Source: Phycisphaeraceae bacterium (GTDB lineage: Bacteria; Planctomycetota; Phycisphaerae; Phycisphaerales; Phycisphaeraceae). From it: a stretch of DNA of 64,000 nt. Numbering within the stretch: position 1 is the stretch's first letter; the number at the start of each line of letters is the position of its first letter. Positions 35,005-45,314 of the stretch are shown here, one piece after another. The notes beneath the pieces are model-generated. The model ran no database searches and had not been told where the DNA came from. It worked only from the letters and a program-made list of their open reading frames with translations. The stretch covers positions 4,192,001 to 4,256,000 of the forward strand of contig OY771506.1 of NCBI GenBank assembly GCA_963674705.1. The letters are read 5' to 3'. A program made the position numbers and the translations under genes.

Positions 35005-35556
35005 ATGAGCAAACCGGTCAAAAACCTGATCGTAGATTCCTACAAGAAACGCTTTGAAGGCCTCAGCGGCGGCGTCCTCGTTGATGTCCGTGGCATCAGC
35101 AGCAACGCCACCAACGAACTGCGTGCAGGCCTGGTCAAGAAGCACATCAAGATCACCATCGTCAAGAACAGCCTGGCGAAGAAGGCGTTTGAAGGCGGCG
35201 AGTTGCAGCCCCTCGGCGACCTGCTCGACGGCCCCAGCGCGATGGTCTATCCGATCTCCGAGGATGCCAGCGTCGTCAGCGTCGCCCGTGAACTGATCGA
35301 TGCCGCCAAGAAGCTCAAGAACCTTGAGTTCCGCGGCGCCTTGATGGAAGGCATCGTCTTCGGGCCCAACGAGATCGAGGCACTGAGCAAGTACCCGACC
35401 AAGGAAGAAGCACAAGCCAAGGTCGTCCAGATCCTGCTCAGCCCCGCGAAGAACCTGGTCGGCGCCATCACCAGCCCTGCCAAGAACATCGCCTCGATCC
35501 TCAAAACCATCGAGGAAAAACTCGAAAAGGGCGAAGAGATCAAGAAAGCAAGCTAA
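35005..35556 (+). CDS. rplJ: 50S ribosomal protein L10
   Basis: VDVRGI..LR..IVKNSL..L.GPSA..LSKYPTKEE; lies between rplA and rplL. Confidence 0.95.
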   Translation: MSKPVKNLIVDSYKKRFEGLSGGVLVDVRGISSNATNELRAGLVKKHIKITIVKNSLAKKAFEGGELQPLGDLLDGPSAMVYPISEDASVVSVARELIDAAKKLKNLEFRGALMEGIVFGPNEIEALSKYPTKEEAQAKVVQILLSPAKNLVGAITSPAKNIASILKTIEEKLEKGEEIKKAS

Positions 35557-35752
35557 AACCAGTGGCTGTTGCCTGGTGGCTCGTGGCTGGTTAAGACAGC
35601 AGCATGAACCAACAGCAAAGTAACCAGCCACCACACACGAGTCACAAGACACCAACTAGACATCGCTCCCGACTGGCCCTTCGGGGTTAAACCGTGGCAC
35701 TGGGTCGCGGCCTCTCGGGTGGATCAATTAGAAGACGCAAGGATTCAAGAAA

Positions 35753-36139
35753 ATGGCAGAAGTAGAAGCAGCAATCAAGGAACTGGGTGACAAGATCGTC
35801 GGCCTGACCCTCAAGGAAGCCGTCGACCTGGGCGAATACCTCAAGGAAGAGTACGGCATCGAGCCGGCCGCCGGTGGCGCCGTTGTGATGGCTGGCCCCG
35901 CAGGCCCGGCCGAAGAAGCCGAAGAGAAGACCGAGTTCGACCTGATCCTGTCCAGCGCCGGCGACCAGAAGATCAAGGTCATCAAGGTCGTCCGTGAAGC
36001 GACCGGCCTGGGTCTGAAGGAAGCCAAGGACCTGGTCGACAACTGCCCGAAGCCGCTTAAGGAAGGTGTTTCCAAGGAAGAGGCAGAGGCTCTGGCCGAG
36101 AAGATCAAGGAAGTCGGCGGCGGCGTCGAGATCAAGTAA
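35753..36139 (+). CDS. rplL: 50S ribosomal protein L7/L12
   Basis: [45 protein letters not shown]. Confidence 0.98.
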   Translation: MAEVEAAIKELGDKIVGLTLKEAVDLGEYLKEEYGIEPAAGGAVVMAGPAGPAEEAEEKTEFDLILSSAGDQKIKVIKVVREATGLGLKEAKDLVDNCPKPLKEGVSKEEAEALAEKIKEVGGGVEIK

Positions 36140-36180
36140 CTGCAATAAGCCGATATGTTATCGGTCAATCAGAAATCGAT

Positions 36181-36217
36181 TACAAGCCGTCCCACAACGG
36201 GGCGGCTTGTATTTTTG
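36181..36217 (+). terminator. Intrinsic terminator after rplL
   Basis: TACAAGCCGTCC...GGGCGGCTTGTA stem followed by TTTTTT. Confidence 0.85.
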
Positions 36218-36328
36218 GCACGTTTATGCCGATGAAGAGGCTTAGGGCACATTCGTATAAATGACAATAATACTGTATAGTATTTTTATCCCCCAAAGTC
36301 CCCATCCCCTTGGGCACGGCGAATACAC

Positions 36329-37777
36329 ATGGCACAGAAACAATCCAATCGCGAGCGTCTTTTAATATGCTCATTTACGACGGTATTAGCGGTAGCCGCC
36401 TATTATCTGCTTCCCGCTTCCATGGACGAGTTGGCCAGGCGAACTGTAGCTATCTTTCTGGTCGGGGCCATCTTCTGGGCGACCGAAGTGCTGCCGCTGT
36501 ACGCTACCAGCCTCTGCATCATCGGCATGGGAATCCTGTTTCTAGCTGATAAGGGAGGCTTGGCAGATAAGCTGCCGGTGAGAGGAGACGGAATTCCGGC
36601 AGATCATAGCCTGAGCTATACGGTGCTCTTGTCCTCGTTCTCTTCCCCGATCATCATCCTGTTCATGGGGGGATTCCTCCTGTCTGCGGCGGTCACCAAA
36701 CACGGATTAGACCGTGCGATCGCGGCAAGAATCCTTCGTCCGTTCAACTTCCACCCGTTGATGCTGATCTTCGGTGTGCTGACAATCACCGCGTTCTTCT
36801 CGATGTGGATGAGTAACACAGCCACCACCGTGATGATGCTAGCGATCGTCAGCCCGTTGGTCCGCGAACTTCCGGAGGATGATAAGTTCCACCGTGCGGT
36901 CATCCTGGCGGTGCCATTCGGGGCGAATATCGGGGGGATCGGCACGCCCATCGGCACGCCGCCTAACGCCGTGGCCCTGGCTGCGCTAAACGACTTCGGG
37001 ATCAAGATCGGGTTCGTGGACTGGATGTTGATGGCGGTACCGCTGGCGCTCATCCTGTTAGTTGTCGCTGGACTATTGCTTTACCGGTTCTTCCCCCCAG
37101 GCAAAGACCTGACGCTGCCACCTCTGGATAAGCCAACCGAGAAGATCAGCACCAAGGGACGGTGGACGTTGATCATACTGTCGCTTGCGATTCTCTTATG
37201 GCTGACAGGTAAATTCCACGGCCTGGCTCCGGCGGCCGTCGCGCTGCTCGCAGCGGCTGCGCTGACCGCGTTTGGCGTGTTGCGTAAGCACGATGTCGAT
37301 TCGATCGACTGGAACGTGCTGATCCTGATGTGGGGCGGTCTGTCGCTGGGTAAGGCGATGGAAGTCACAAACCTGATCGGCTATATCGGTGACCTGCCGA
37401 TCGCAAACCTCACCGGCTTCGCCTTGGCAGCCACCATCGTCGTGCTGTCGGTAATCCTCTCGACCTTCATGAGTAACACAGCTACGGCGATCGTGATCAT
37501 CCCGATGGTCATTGCGCTGGTAGCAGGGCAGCATATCGAGGGACAGACACCGGAAGATGTCAGCCACCTGACGGCTCAGCTGGTTATCCTCACCGCGTTG
37601 GCGTGCTCGTTCGCGATGGCTATGCCTGTATCGACGCCGCCCAATGCAATCGCGTTTGCTACTGGCAAGGTTCCGGTATCGGCCCTGGTCCAATCAGGCG
37701 CCTTGGTATCGTTTATCTGTATCGTGGCATTGCTCCTTGGATACCAGTGGGTCCTGCCGGTATTCCCGTGGGCCTGA
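36329..37777 (+). CDS. SLC13/DASS family anion:sodium symporter
   Basis: SMWMSNTATT, GGIGTPIGTPPNA, FMSNTATA, MPVSTPPNAIAF; many TM helices. Confidence 0.93.
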   Translation: MAQKQSNRERLLICSFTTVLAVAAYYLLPASMDELARRTVAIFLVGAIFWATEVLPLYATSLCIIGMGILFLADKGGLADKLPVRGDGIPADHSLSYTVLLSSFSSPIIILFMGGFLLSAAVTKHGLDRAIAARILRPFNFHPLMLIFGVLTITAFFSMWMSNTATTVMMLAIVSPLVRELPEDDKFHRAVILAVPFGANIGGIGTPIGTPPNAVALAALNDFGIKIGFVDWMLMAVPLALILLVVAGLLLYRFFPPGKDLTLPPLDKPTEKISTKGRWTLIILSLAILLWLTGKFHGLAPAAVALLAAAALTAFGVLRKHDVDSIDWNVLILMWGGLSLGKAMEVTNLIGYIGDLPIANLTGFALAATIVVLSVILSTFMSNTATAIVIIPMVIALVAGQHIEGQTPEDVSHLTAQLVILTALACSFAMAMPVSTPPNAIAFATGKVPVSALVQSGALVSFICIVALLLGYQWVLPVFPWA

Positions 37778-37819
37778 CGCGCAACGACGGACCAGTATCG
37801 CGGCTATGATGTGCTGCGA

Positions 37820-39895
37820 ATGCCAATCCTTGCTGAAGACATCCTTGCCCCCGACGGCCCGATTGCCAGGCGTCTGGGAGATGTATACGAACACCGGCCC
37901 GAGCAGGATCGGATGGCGAAGTTCGTACGGGATGCGCTAAGCGAGGGACGCTGTGCTCTCGTCGAAGCCGGGACAGGCGTGGGTAAAAGCTTCGCCTATC
38001 TATTGCCGGTGATCGAACAGATCCTCGAGACAGATGATAAAGATCAGCGCAAGCGTATCGTGGTGTCGACGCACACGATCGCGTTGCAAGAGCAGTTAAT
38101 GCATAAGGACATCCCGCTGCTGCAGGCGGTGATTCCTGAGGAATTCTCAGCGGTGCTGGTCAAGGGTCGAGGGAACTATGTGTCATTGCGCAGGGCAAGC
38201 CGGGCGTGGGACCGCAGCGTCGATCTGTTTGATGACAACGCCAGCAAACGGTCGTTGGAGACGATCCTGGAATGGACCAGGACCACGGAGGATGGCTCGC
38301 TGGCGTCGCTGCCGGTGCTCGATGCGCCTATGGTGTGGGCGGATGTGCAGAGCGATTCGGAAGACTGCCTGGGCAAACACTGCCCGACATTCAACAAATG
38401 CTTCTACCAGGCTGCCCGTCGTCGGATGTTGAATGCCGACCTGTTGATTGTCAATCATGCCTTGTTCTTTGCCGACCTTGGGATGAAGCAGCATGGCTAT
38501 GGGATACTGCCGCCTTATGATGGCGTGGTGCTGGACGAAGCGCATACGGTTGAAGATGTTGCGGGGGAATACTTCGGTGTCACCGTTAGTCGTTTCCAGG
38601 TTCATTACCTGCTTTCCAGGCTGCATTCGGCTCGTCGACATAAGGGTTTTCTTGCAACATTGCGTATGAAGGTTGATGCAGAGCTGCACAATCGTGCGAT
38701 GCAGGCGGTGGAAAACGCAAGGCTTGCGGCCGACAGCTTCTTCGAGGATGTCCTGTTCTGGCAGGAGCGAGAAGGGCGGAGCAATGGGCGCGTCGACAAT
38801 CCCATACCGATCCAGAACACACTGAGCCCCGCGATGCAGGACCTGTCGCTGGCCTTGAAACGTGTGCGAGATCATATTGATGACGAGGCTGACCGGCTGG
38901 AAGCGGGTAGCTATGCGGATCGGGCGCAGGCGATCGCGATGGATGTGGCGGTGCTGCTTAAACAGGAATTACCCGACAGCGTGTACTGGCTAGAAGTAAG
39001 TCATACCGACGACGGCCGACATTCACGCGTCAAACTGTGCGGCGCTCCGGTCGAAGTGGCGGGGCTGCTTAAAGAACGTCTATTTGAGGCCTCGACCACC
39101 AAGCGAAAACCACTGCCGGTCATACTGACATCGGCGACACTGGCGACCGATGCGGCCAATCATGCTGCGGGCAATTCGCAATCGAGTCAACAGACCAAGG
39201 ATGCGTTCAGTCATATCCGATCGCGTCTGGGTTGCGAAGATGCCGGCACACTGCAGCTCGGTTCACCTTTCGATTATGCCAGACAAGCCGAGTTGATTGT
39301 CGACCGGACGATGCCCAATCCGAACAACGATGATTACTTTGCGCGTCTGTGCCCGGCTGTCCTGAACCTGATCGACCACACAAACGGCGGGGCGTTTGTC
39401 TTGTTCACCAGCTACAACCTGTTGCGAAAAGTCGCAGACTGGTTGCGTGAACCGTTACACGAACGAGGCATGCCGATGCTGGTGCAGGGCGATGGAGTGC
39501 AGCGGTCGGTACTGCTGGAACACTTCCGTGGCGATAAGCGAAGCGTGCTGCTCGGTACCGACAGTTTCTGGCAAGGGGTTGATGTTCAGGGAGAAGCGTT
39601 GCGTAATGTGATCATCACGCGCCTGCCTTTTACCGTGCCCGACAGGCCGATGATCGAGGCGCGTACCCAACGGATACAGGCTCGTGGCGGCAGCCCGTTC
39701 GTCGAGTATTCACTGCCCGAAGCGATCCTCAAGTTCAAGCAGGGCTTTGGTCGGTTGATCCGCTCGAAGCAGGACCGGGGGTGTGTGGCACTGCTGGACA
39801 GCCGTGTTGTGACCAAACACTACGGCAAGAAGTTCATCCATGCGCTGCCTGAGATGCCTGTAAAGCAGATCGGTTCAATCACGTCGGATATCTAA
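37820..39895 (+). CDS. DinG/YoaA family ATP-dependent DNA helicase (Fe-S)
   Basis: EAGTGVGKS, KGRGNY, C..CP....C, DEAH, LTSATL, LFTSY, FWQGVDV, QGFGRLIRS. Confidence 0.93.
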   Translation: MPILAEDILAPDGPIARRLGDVYEHRPEQDRMAKFVRDALSEGRCALVEAGTGVGKSFAYLLPVIEQILETDDKDQRKRIVVSTHTIALQEQLMHKDIPLLQAVIPEEFSAVLVKGRGNYVSLRRASRAWDRSVDLFDDNASKRSLETILEWTRTTEDGSLASLPVLDAPMVWADVQSDSEDCLGKHCPTFNKCFYQAARRRMLNADLLIVNHALFFADLGMKQHGYGILPPYDGVVLDEAHTVEDVAGEYFGVTVSRFQVHYLLSRLHSARRHKGFLATLRMKVDAELHNRAMQAVENARLAADSFFEDVLFWQEREGRSNGRVDNPIPIQNTLSPAMQDLSLALKRVRDHIDDEADRLEAGSYADRAQAIAMDVAVLLKQELPDSVYWLEVSHTDDGRHSRVKLCGAPVEVAGLLKERLFEASTTKRKPLPVILTSATLATDAANHAAGNSQSSQQTKDAFSHIRSRLGCEDAGTLQLGSPFDYARQAELIVDRTMPNPNNDDYFARLCPAVLNLIDHTNGGAFVLFTSYNLLRKVADWLREPLHERGMPMLVQGDGVQRSVLLEHFRGDKRSVLLGTDSFWQGVDVQGEALRNVIITRLPFTVPDRPMIEARTQRIQARGGSPFVEYSLPEAILKFKQGFGRLIRSKQDRGCVALLDSRVVTKHYGKKFIHALPEMPVKQIGSITSDI

Positions 39896-39926
39896 CACAT
39901 CAAATGTAATTCCACCCGGCCCCGGC

Positions 39927-39975
39927 TTGACAGCGGCGATTATACTCCTATACTTCGCCAATCAACGAAGTATAG
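39927..39975 (+). promoter_or_regulatory. ars promoter with an ArsR operator
   Basis: TTGACA 39927-39932, TATACT 39949-39954; 10-8-10 inverted repeat CTATACTTCG-N8-CGAAGTATAG at 39948-39975 overlaps the -10 box. Confidence 0.8.
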
Positions 39976-39983
39976 AGGTCTCG

Positions 39984-40343
39984 ATGACGCCGTATATAGA
40001 CACCACCAAGGCTTTGGCCGATGAATCGCGGCTCCGCGTGCTGATGCTGCTGGAGCAGGGGGAGTTATGCCTTTGTCAGTTGATCGCGGTGCTTGAGTTG
40101 TCCCCGTCCACGGTATCCAAGCATATGAGTATCCTTTCGGCAGCGGGTTTAATCACGGTTCGCAAGGATGGGCGGTGGCACTACTACAAGCTCGCAGGTC
40201 GAGGGGCAGATCAACACGTGCGTGATGCTTTGAAGTGGGTCAGAGTCCACCTGAGGGATCAGCCACAAATTCAACAGGATCGGGATGCCTTGAGTGACAT
40301 TGCAGATAAATCATTGGAAGAGGTCAGTTGCTGTTACCGCTGA
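39984..40343 (+). CDS. arsR: ArsR/SmtB family repressor
   Basis: KALADESRLRVL..GELCLCQL..SPSTVSKHM.IL..AGLI..RKDGRW.YY; C-terminal CC. Confidence 0.9.
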   Translation: MTPYIDTTKALADESRLRVLMLLEQGELCLCQLIAVLELSPSTVSKHMSILSAAGLITVRKDGRWHYYKLAGRGADQHVRDALKWVRVHLRDQPQIQQDRDALSDIADKSLEEVSCCYR

Positions 40344-40372
40344 AAGCCGGCGGTTTAGAAAAGGAAGTGAAG

Positions 40373-41227
40373 ATGACAAACCAAACCAGTAACGATATCC
40401 ACGAACACGTTTCCAAACGTTACGGCGAGATCGCCCAGGATGGCGGTTGTTGCGGCTCGAAGACGGATATGGGCAAGCTGGAGCATGCTCAGGCGATCGG
40501 CTACAGCGCGGAAGAAGTCGCGTCGCTACCCGAAGGCGCCAATCTAGGACTCGGTTGCGGGAGCCCGACCTCGTTGACCATGATCGAACAGGGCATGACG
40601 GTTGTTGACCTCGGTTCGGGCGCCGGCATCGACTGTTTCCTGGCGTCGCCGAAAGTTGGGCCTTGCGGGCGGGTCATCGGTGTGGATATGACTGATGCCA
40701 TGCTCGAAAAAGCTACTGCTTATGCTGAGGAACACGGCTACAGCAATGTCAGTTTCCGCAAGGGGCACATCGAGGCGCTACCGATCGACGATGCAACCGT
40801 GGACCTTATCATCAGCAACTGTGTTGTTAATCTGTCTCCCGACAAACAGCAGGTGTTCTCCGAGATCAGGCGTGTACTGAAGCCCGGTGGTCAGGCAGCG
40901 ATCAGCGATATCGTGCTGCTCAAACCTTTGCCGGACGCGATCGTCAAAGACCTGGAAGCGTATATTGGTTGCATCGCCGGGGCGGAGTTGATCGAGGATT
41001 ACCTGGGGAAAGCGATCCGGTCGGGCCTTGATGTCAGTAGCGCGAAGCGCAAGGGTTACGACGTCATGCACGTGCTGTCCTGCAGCCCGAATACTGCGGA
41101 ACTGGTCGAAAAGATCCCTACAGAGTTTGTGGGCAAGGACTACGTCGCCAGCCTGGACCTCGTGCTGGCTCGGCCATGCTGTGAGCCGGTTGCGTTGAAA
41201 CAGTCCGGTTGCTGCTGTGGTTCTTAG
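40373..41227 (+). CDS. arsM: Arsenite S-adenosylmethionine methyltransferase
   Basis: [45 protein letters not shown]. Confidence 0.92.
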   Translation: MTNQTSNDIHEHVSKRYGEIAQDGGCCGSKTDMGKLEHAQAIGYSAEEVASLPEGANLGLGCGSPTSLTMIEQGMTVVDLGSGAGIDCFLASPKVGPCGRVIGVDMTDAMLEKATAYAEEHGYSNVSFRKGHIEALPIDDATVDLIISNCVVNLSPDKQQVFSEIRRVLKPGGQAAISDIVLLKPLPDAIVKDLEAYIGCIAGAELIEDYLGKAIRSGLDVSSAKRKGYDVMHVLSCSPNTAELVEKIPTEFVGKDYVASLDLVLARPCCEPVALKQSGCCCGS

Positions 41228-41235
41228 CGGAATCG

Positions 41236-41661
41236 ATGGATATGCCGCAATCCAAACGTATCCTGGTGTTGTGTACGGGGAACCGCTGCCGATCACAGAT
41301 GGCTGAAGGTTGGTTAAGACACTACGCCGGTGAACGTGCTGAGGTATTCAGCGCGGGCACTGCGCCAAAGGGATTGCACCCTAAAGCGGCTGCGGTGATG
41401 TCCGAAGCGGGCGTGGATATCAGCCGTCATACATCGGATCACGTGGATCAATACCGCGATCAGCATTTTGACCTGGTGATCACGGTGTGTAATAACGCGA
41501 AAGAAACCTGCCCGACGTTTGCGGATGCGGATCGGTTGTTGCACCATGCGTTCGAAGATCCGGATATACCGGGCTTATCCGTGGTAGAGCAGGATGCGTT
41601 ATTTCGTCGCGTGCGTGATGAGATCCGGGACTGGGCGGCGGACCTGATCAAGCGCTTGTGA
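41236..41661 (+). CDS. arsC: Thioredoxin-type arsenate reductase (LMW-PTP fold)
   Basis: LCTGNRCRSQMAEG, SAGT, VITVC..A.ETCP, FEDP, FRRVRDEI. Confidence 0.9.
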   Translation: MDMPQSKRILVLCTGNRCRSQMAEGWLRHYAGERAEVFSAGTAPKGLHPKAAAVMSEAGVDISRHTSDHVDQYRDQHFDLVITVCNNAKETCPTFADADRLLHHAFEDPDIPGLSVVEQDALFRRVRDEIRDWAADLIKRL

Positions 41662-42256
41662 TCAGCGGCGATGCCTGGCCCCAGGTATCGCTGAACACAA
41701 AGTCTGCGAAGTCTTTTCGTGACCGGGGCGATTCTGCTTTTTTGCGGTCTTCCTGCGAAAGTGTAGCGGGATCGATCCCGTAACCGATCGCGATCGCGGT
41801 CTGGGGTTCAAACTCATCCGGCAGGTTGTATTCGCTGCGCAGCTTATCCTGATCGATCCCGGCCATCTGGTGTGCGAACAGGTCCATGGCCGTGGCCTGA
41901 GTAATCATATTCTGTACGGCCAGGCCGAGGTCGTGCTGATGCACGCGGTTGGGATTGTCGTTGCGTGTAAAGCTGGTGCGTGTGGCGGTGAGGATTAACA
42001 CGGGAGCATGTTGCGCCCATGCCTGATTCGCTTCGACGAGACAGCTTAATGCCTTGCTGAAAGACGCGGGCTGATCCTTGGTCGCCAGGATAAAACGCCA
42101 TGGCTGTTCGTTGAATGCGGATGCCGCCCAGCGAGCCGCTTCGAGCAGACTCATGATCTTTTCGGGTTCGACTGGTTTGTCGGCAAATGCATAGGGGCTC
42201 CACCGGCGCTTGATCGCATCAAGGATCGGGTATTCGGTAACCGCTGGCTTTTCCAT
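41648..42256 (-). CDS. Nitroreductase family protein
   Basis: RRWSPYAF, LLEAARWAASAFNEQPWRF, HDLGLA, HQMAG, RSRK. Confidence 0.92.
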   Translation of the reverse strand: MEKPAVTEYPILDAIKRRWSPYAFADKPVEPEKIMSLLEAARWAASAFNEQPWRFILATKDQPASFSKALSCLVEANQAWAQHAPVLILTATRTSFTRNDNPNRVHQHDLGLAVQNMITQATAMDLFAHQMAGIDQDKLRSEYNLPDEFEPQTAIAIGYGIDPATLSQEDRKKAESPRSRKDFADFVFSDTWGQASPLITSA

Positions 42257-42358
42257 CGCTCATAGACTCCGTTATTTTTGAGGCTTTATTTGCCTATAGC
42301 GTAGGCAAGCCACATTCTGAAATCTAACAGACCAATCTCTCTCTTACGATAATCCGGC

Positions 42359-43993
42359 ATGGTCACCTATAATCCAGGTATGTCAACATCTTTCGATTAC
42401 CGGATGCCTTACCCATCACGACGGATGCCTGTGTTTGCCGGGCGATGTGTGGCGACGAGTCAGCCGCTGGCGGCGCAGGCGGGGCTGCGGATCATGCAGC
42501 AGGGGGGTAACGCCATCGATGCAGCGATCGCAACCGCGGCGGCTCTGACGGTGGTTGAGCCTACGAGTAATGGTGTTGGTAGCGACAACTTCGCAATGAT
42601 CTGGTCGGGTGGGGGCTTGCATGGCTTGAATGCGTCCGGCCGAAGCGCGAAGCGATTGGATCCTGAGCCTTACCTTGAAGCCGGGAAGATCCCCGCACGC
42701 GGCTGGGATAGCGTCACTGTCCCCGGGGCGGTTTCTGGATGGATGACGGCACATCAGAAGTTCGGGAGATTGCCTTTTATAAAGGTGATCGAGCCGGCGA
42801 TTGAATATGCACGCGATGGATTCCTGGTTTCTCCGATCACCGCTTCGTCGTGGGGCTATGCCGCCCGTTTCTATGACAAGGCGCAGTACGAAAGCTGGCA
42901 TCAGACATTTGCGCCTGGCGGCAAAGCGCCGGGTGCGGGTGAATTGTTCCAATGCAAAGAGCTTGCTGGATCGCTTGAATCGATCGCGGATACAAAGGGT
43001 GATGCGTTCTATCGAGGCGAGTTGGGCGCTAAGCTGATTGAAGCGGCTGAAGCGGGGGGCTCCTCTTTGCGTATGGACGACCTGGAAGCGCATCGGTCGG
43101 AGTGGGTGCGTCCGCTTGTTCTGGATTACCACGGCTACCATGTCCATGAACTGCCGCCGAACGGCCAGGGGATCGCGGCGCTGATCGCGTTGGGGATCTT
43201 GCTGCGTCACGACCTTGCTTTGTTGCCGGTGGACAGTGCTAAGTCATTACATCTTCAGATTGAAGCGATGAAGCTCGCCTTTGCTGATGCGCATAGATAT
43301 GTTGCTGATCCTGCCTTCATGGAATTTGATCCAAATGAACTTCTTAACGAAGCCTACCTGGATGAACGGGCAGCGTTGATTGATCCGGAACGTGCTAATG
43401 ATTTTGCGCATGGCAAGCCTAAACCGGGCGGTACTGTGCTACTCACGACTGCAGATGATGAGGGCAATATGGTCACGTGGATTCAGTCCAATTACATGGG
43501 ATTTGGCTCTGGTATTGTTGTGCCGGGGACTGGTATAGCGCTACAGAATCGTGGGCATTGTTTTTCAACAGAGCGGGGGCATCCGAACCAGGTCGCGGCG
43601 GGTAAGCGGCCGTACCACACGATTATTCCCGGTTTTGTTACGCGCAAGGATGAGCAGGGGCGAGAATCGCCGATCATGGCGTTTGGTGTGATGGGTGGAT
43701 TCATGCAGCCGCAAGGCCACGTGCAAGTGATGGTGAGGCTGGCGGATTACAAGCAGAATCCGCAGGCGGCGCTTGATGCTCCACGCTGGCAGGTGCATAC
43801 CGGGCTGAAGGTATCGATCGAAACCGGCTACGAACCGAGCGCTATCGATGAACTGAAAGCGATGGGACATGATGTCACGATAACGCGATCGTTCGATTCT
43901 TCATTCGGCCGAGGACAGTGTATTTATCGGTTGGATGATGGGTATCTGGCCGCGAGCGATGCGAGGGCGGACGGGCAGGCAGTGGGGTATTAG
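42359..43993 (+). CDS. ggt: Gamma-glutamyltransferase family protein (start 42359 or 42380)
   Basis: ATSQPLAAQAG..GGNAIDAAIA, TVPGAV, ELPPNGQG, nucleophile G-T-V, GFGSG, KRPYHTIIP, MGGFMQPQG. Confidence 0.9.
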   Translation: MVTYNPGMSTSFDYRMPYPSRRMPVFAGRCVATSQPLAAQAGLRIMQQGGNAIDAAIATAAALTVVEPTSNGVGSDNFAMIWSGGGLHGLNASGRSAKRLDPEPYLEAGKIPARGWDSVTVPGAVSGWMTAHQKFGRLPFIKVIEPAIEYARDGFLVSPITASSWGYAARFYDKAQYESWHQTFAPGGKAPGAGELFQCKELAGSLESIADTKGDAFYRGELGAKLIEAAEAGGSSLRMDDLEAHRSEWVRPLVLDYHGYHVHELPPNGQGIAALIALGILLRHDLALLPVDSAKSLHLQIEAMKLAFADAHRYVADPAFMEFDPNELLNEAYLDERAALIDPERANDFAHGKPKPGGTVLLTTADDEGNMVTWIQSNYMGFGSGIVVPGTGIALQNRGHCFSTERGHPNQVAAGKRPYHTIIPGFVTRKDEQGRESPIMAFGVMGGFMQPQGHVQVMVRLADYKQNPQAALDAPRWQVHTGLKVSIETGYEPSAIDELKAMGHDVTITRSFDSSFGRGQCIYRLDDGYLAASDARADGQAVGY

Positions 43994-45270
43994 TCGGATG
44001 ATTGGGCTGTTTGCTTTAAGCTGAATCGATTGAGTAGATACCAGTCACAGAGAAGATCGACCTGTTGTTGTTGCATGGCTGGATCGTTTGTGCTTTGCCA
44101 GCGGGGCGCATCTTCAGGCAGGTAGTAATCCAAGACACGCCACCAGCCATAATCTTCCAGCAGGCGTGTAAGATCCTGCGGTGCTTCGCCACGGGGATTC
44201 AATAACACATCCAGCGCACGCAGAATGTCTCTGTGAAGCATGGCGAGAATGATCGTGGTGCGAGGTACGTCGCCTTGAGCAAGCAGGACTTCGGGCTGCA
44301 GATCGGTTGCGGATGCATCTGCATTCATCCAGAGGCCTAGCTTCATCGTGCTTACGACGACCCAGTCGGTTTGCTCCTTGAGTTTTTCCGACAGTAAATC
44401 GAGGTGCTGTCCGCTGATGCCTGCAAGGATCGCCCCGGTTGTTCGTACCTGATCGTTCTTATCAGCCAGCATCGCTTTGATTAGCTGTGAAACCTCGTTT
44501 GCATCCAGGTCGCGGACGGCCAGCACACAACCAACATCGCGCACCGCAACATCGGGTGAACCCAGAAGCGATTGAATCTGAGTCAGGTTGTAATGTAGAT
44601 CAGTTGGTGCACGCCACGCATCGTCCAGCCAGGGGAAGGCTTCGATAGCGGGCAGATGCATTAAACAGGCAAAGATCGTTGCGTGGTAAGCGACCTGTTG
44701 GTTGGGGTCATTCAACAGGCTGACGATCAGCGATTGGTATGGGGCCTTATCCTTGGCAGATTGATAGAGTTCGACTAAGGCACACATTGCGTTGTAACGC
44801 ACATCCGGTTGCTCGTGTTCGGAAAGTGACTGCAATAGATCCAGCAGACGCGGATCATCGGCAAGCCGTTGCAGGTCCGCCAGACGCTGGGCGGCCAGTA
44901 TCGGCGCCTCGACGCCGGGTTCCTTCGCAAGTAAGTCTATCCAACGTAACCAGGGATCAGCAGGGATTGATGACTCGTCCCAACAGCCTGCCGCCTGCAA
45001 GGCATCCACGATCTGTAGAAAGTTTTTATCATCCTCGACGGATAAGGTATTGATGACATCGCGTCTGAGGTCTTTATCTTCAGGCAGATGTGCAACTGCG
45101 TAACTGAGGCTGCGCTGGCGTTTGGTTAAATCGTTCGACGTAAGCCTGTGGATCATGACCTGCTGATAGACCCAAGGCGACATCACATACGCCACCGGCA
45201 CACACAGCGCAAGTGTCAGGGACAGGCTGATCAGAGCAGCGGGCCAACGTTTATGTCGTGTTTGTGTCAC
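43990..45270 (-). CDS. HEAT-repeat-like protein with an N-terminal membrane anchor
   Basis: N-terminal TM; repeated LL.D....VR..A elements. Confidence 0.6.
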   Translation of the reverse strand: MTQTRHKRWPAALISLSLTLALCVPVAYVMSPWVYQQVMIHRLTSNDLTKRQRSLSYAVAHLPEDKDLRRDVINTLSVEDDKNFLQIVDALQAAGCWDESSIPADPWLRWIDLLAKEPGVEAPILAAQRLADLQRLADDPRLLDLLQSLSEHEQPDVRYNAMCALVELYQSAKDKAPYQSLIVSLLNDPNQQVAYHATIFACLMHLPAIEAFPWLDDAWRAPTDLHYNLTQIQSLLGSPDVAVRDVGCVLAVRDLDANEVSQLIKAMLADKNDQVRTTGAILAGISGQHLDLLSEKLKEQTDWVVVSTMKLGLWMNADASATDLQPEVLLAQGDVPRTTIILAMLHRDILRALDVLLNPRGEAPQDLTRLLEDYGWWRVLDYYLPEDAPRWQSTNDPAMQQQQVDLLCDWYLLNRFSLKQTAQSSD

Positions 45271-45314
45271 AACCCACAGCGTAACGCAGATAACTGGTTA
45301 GCCACAACTAAACA

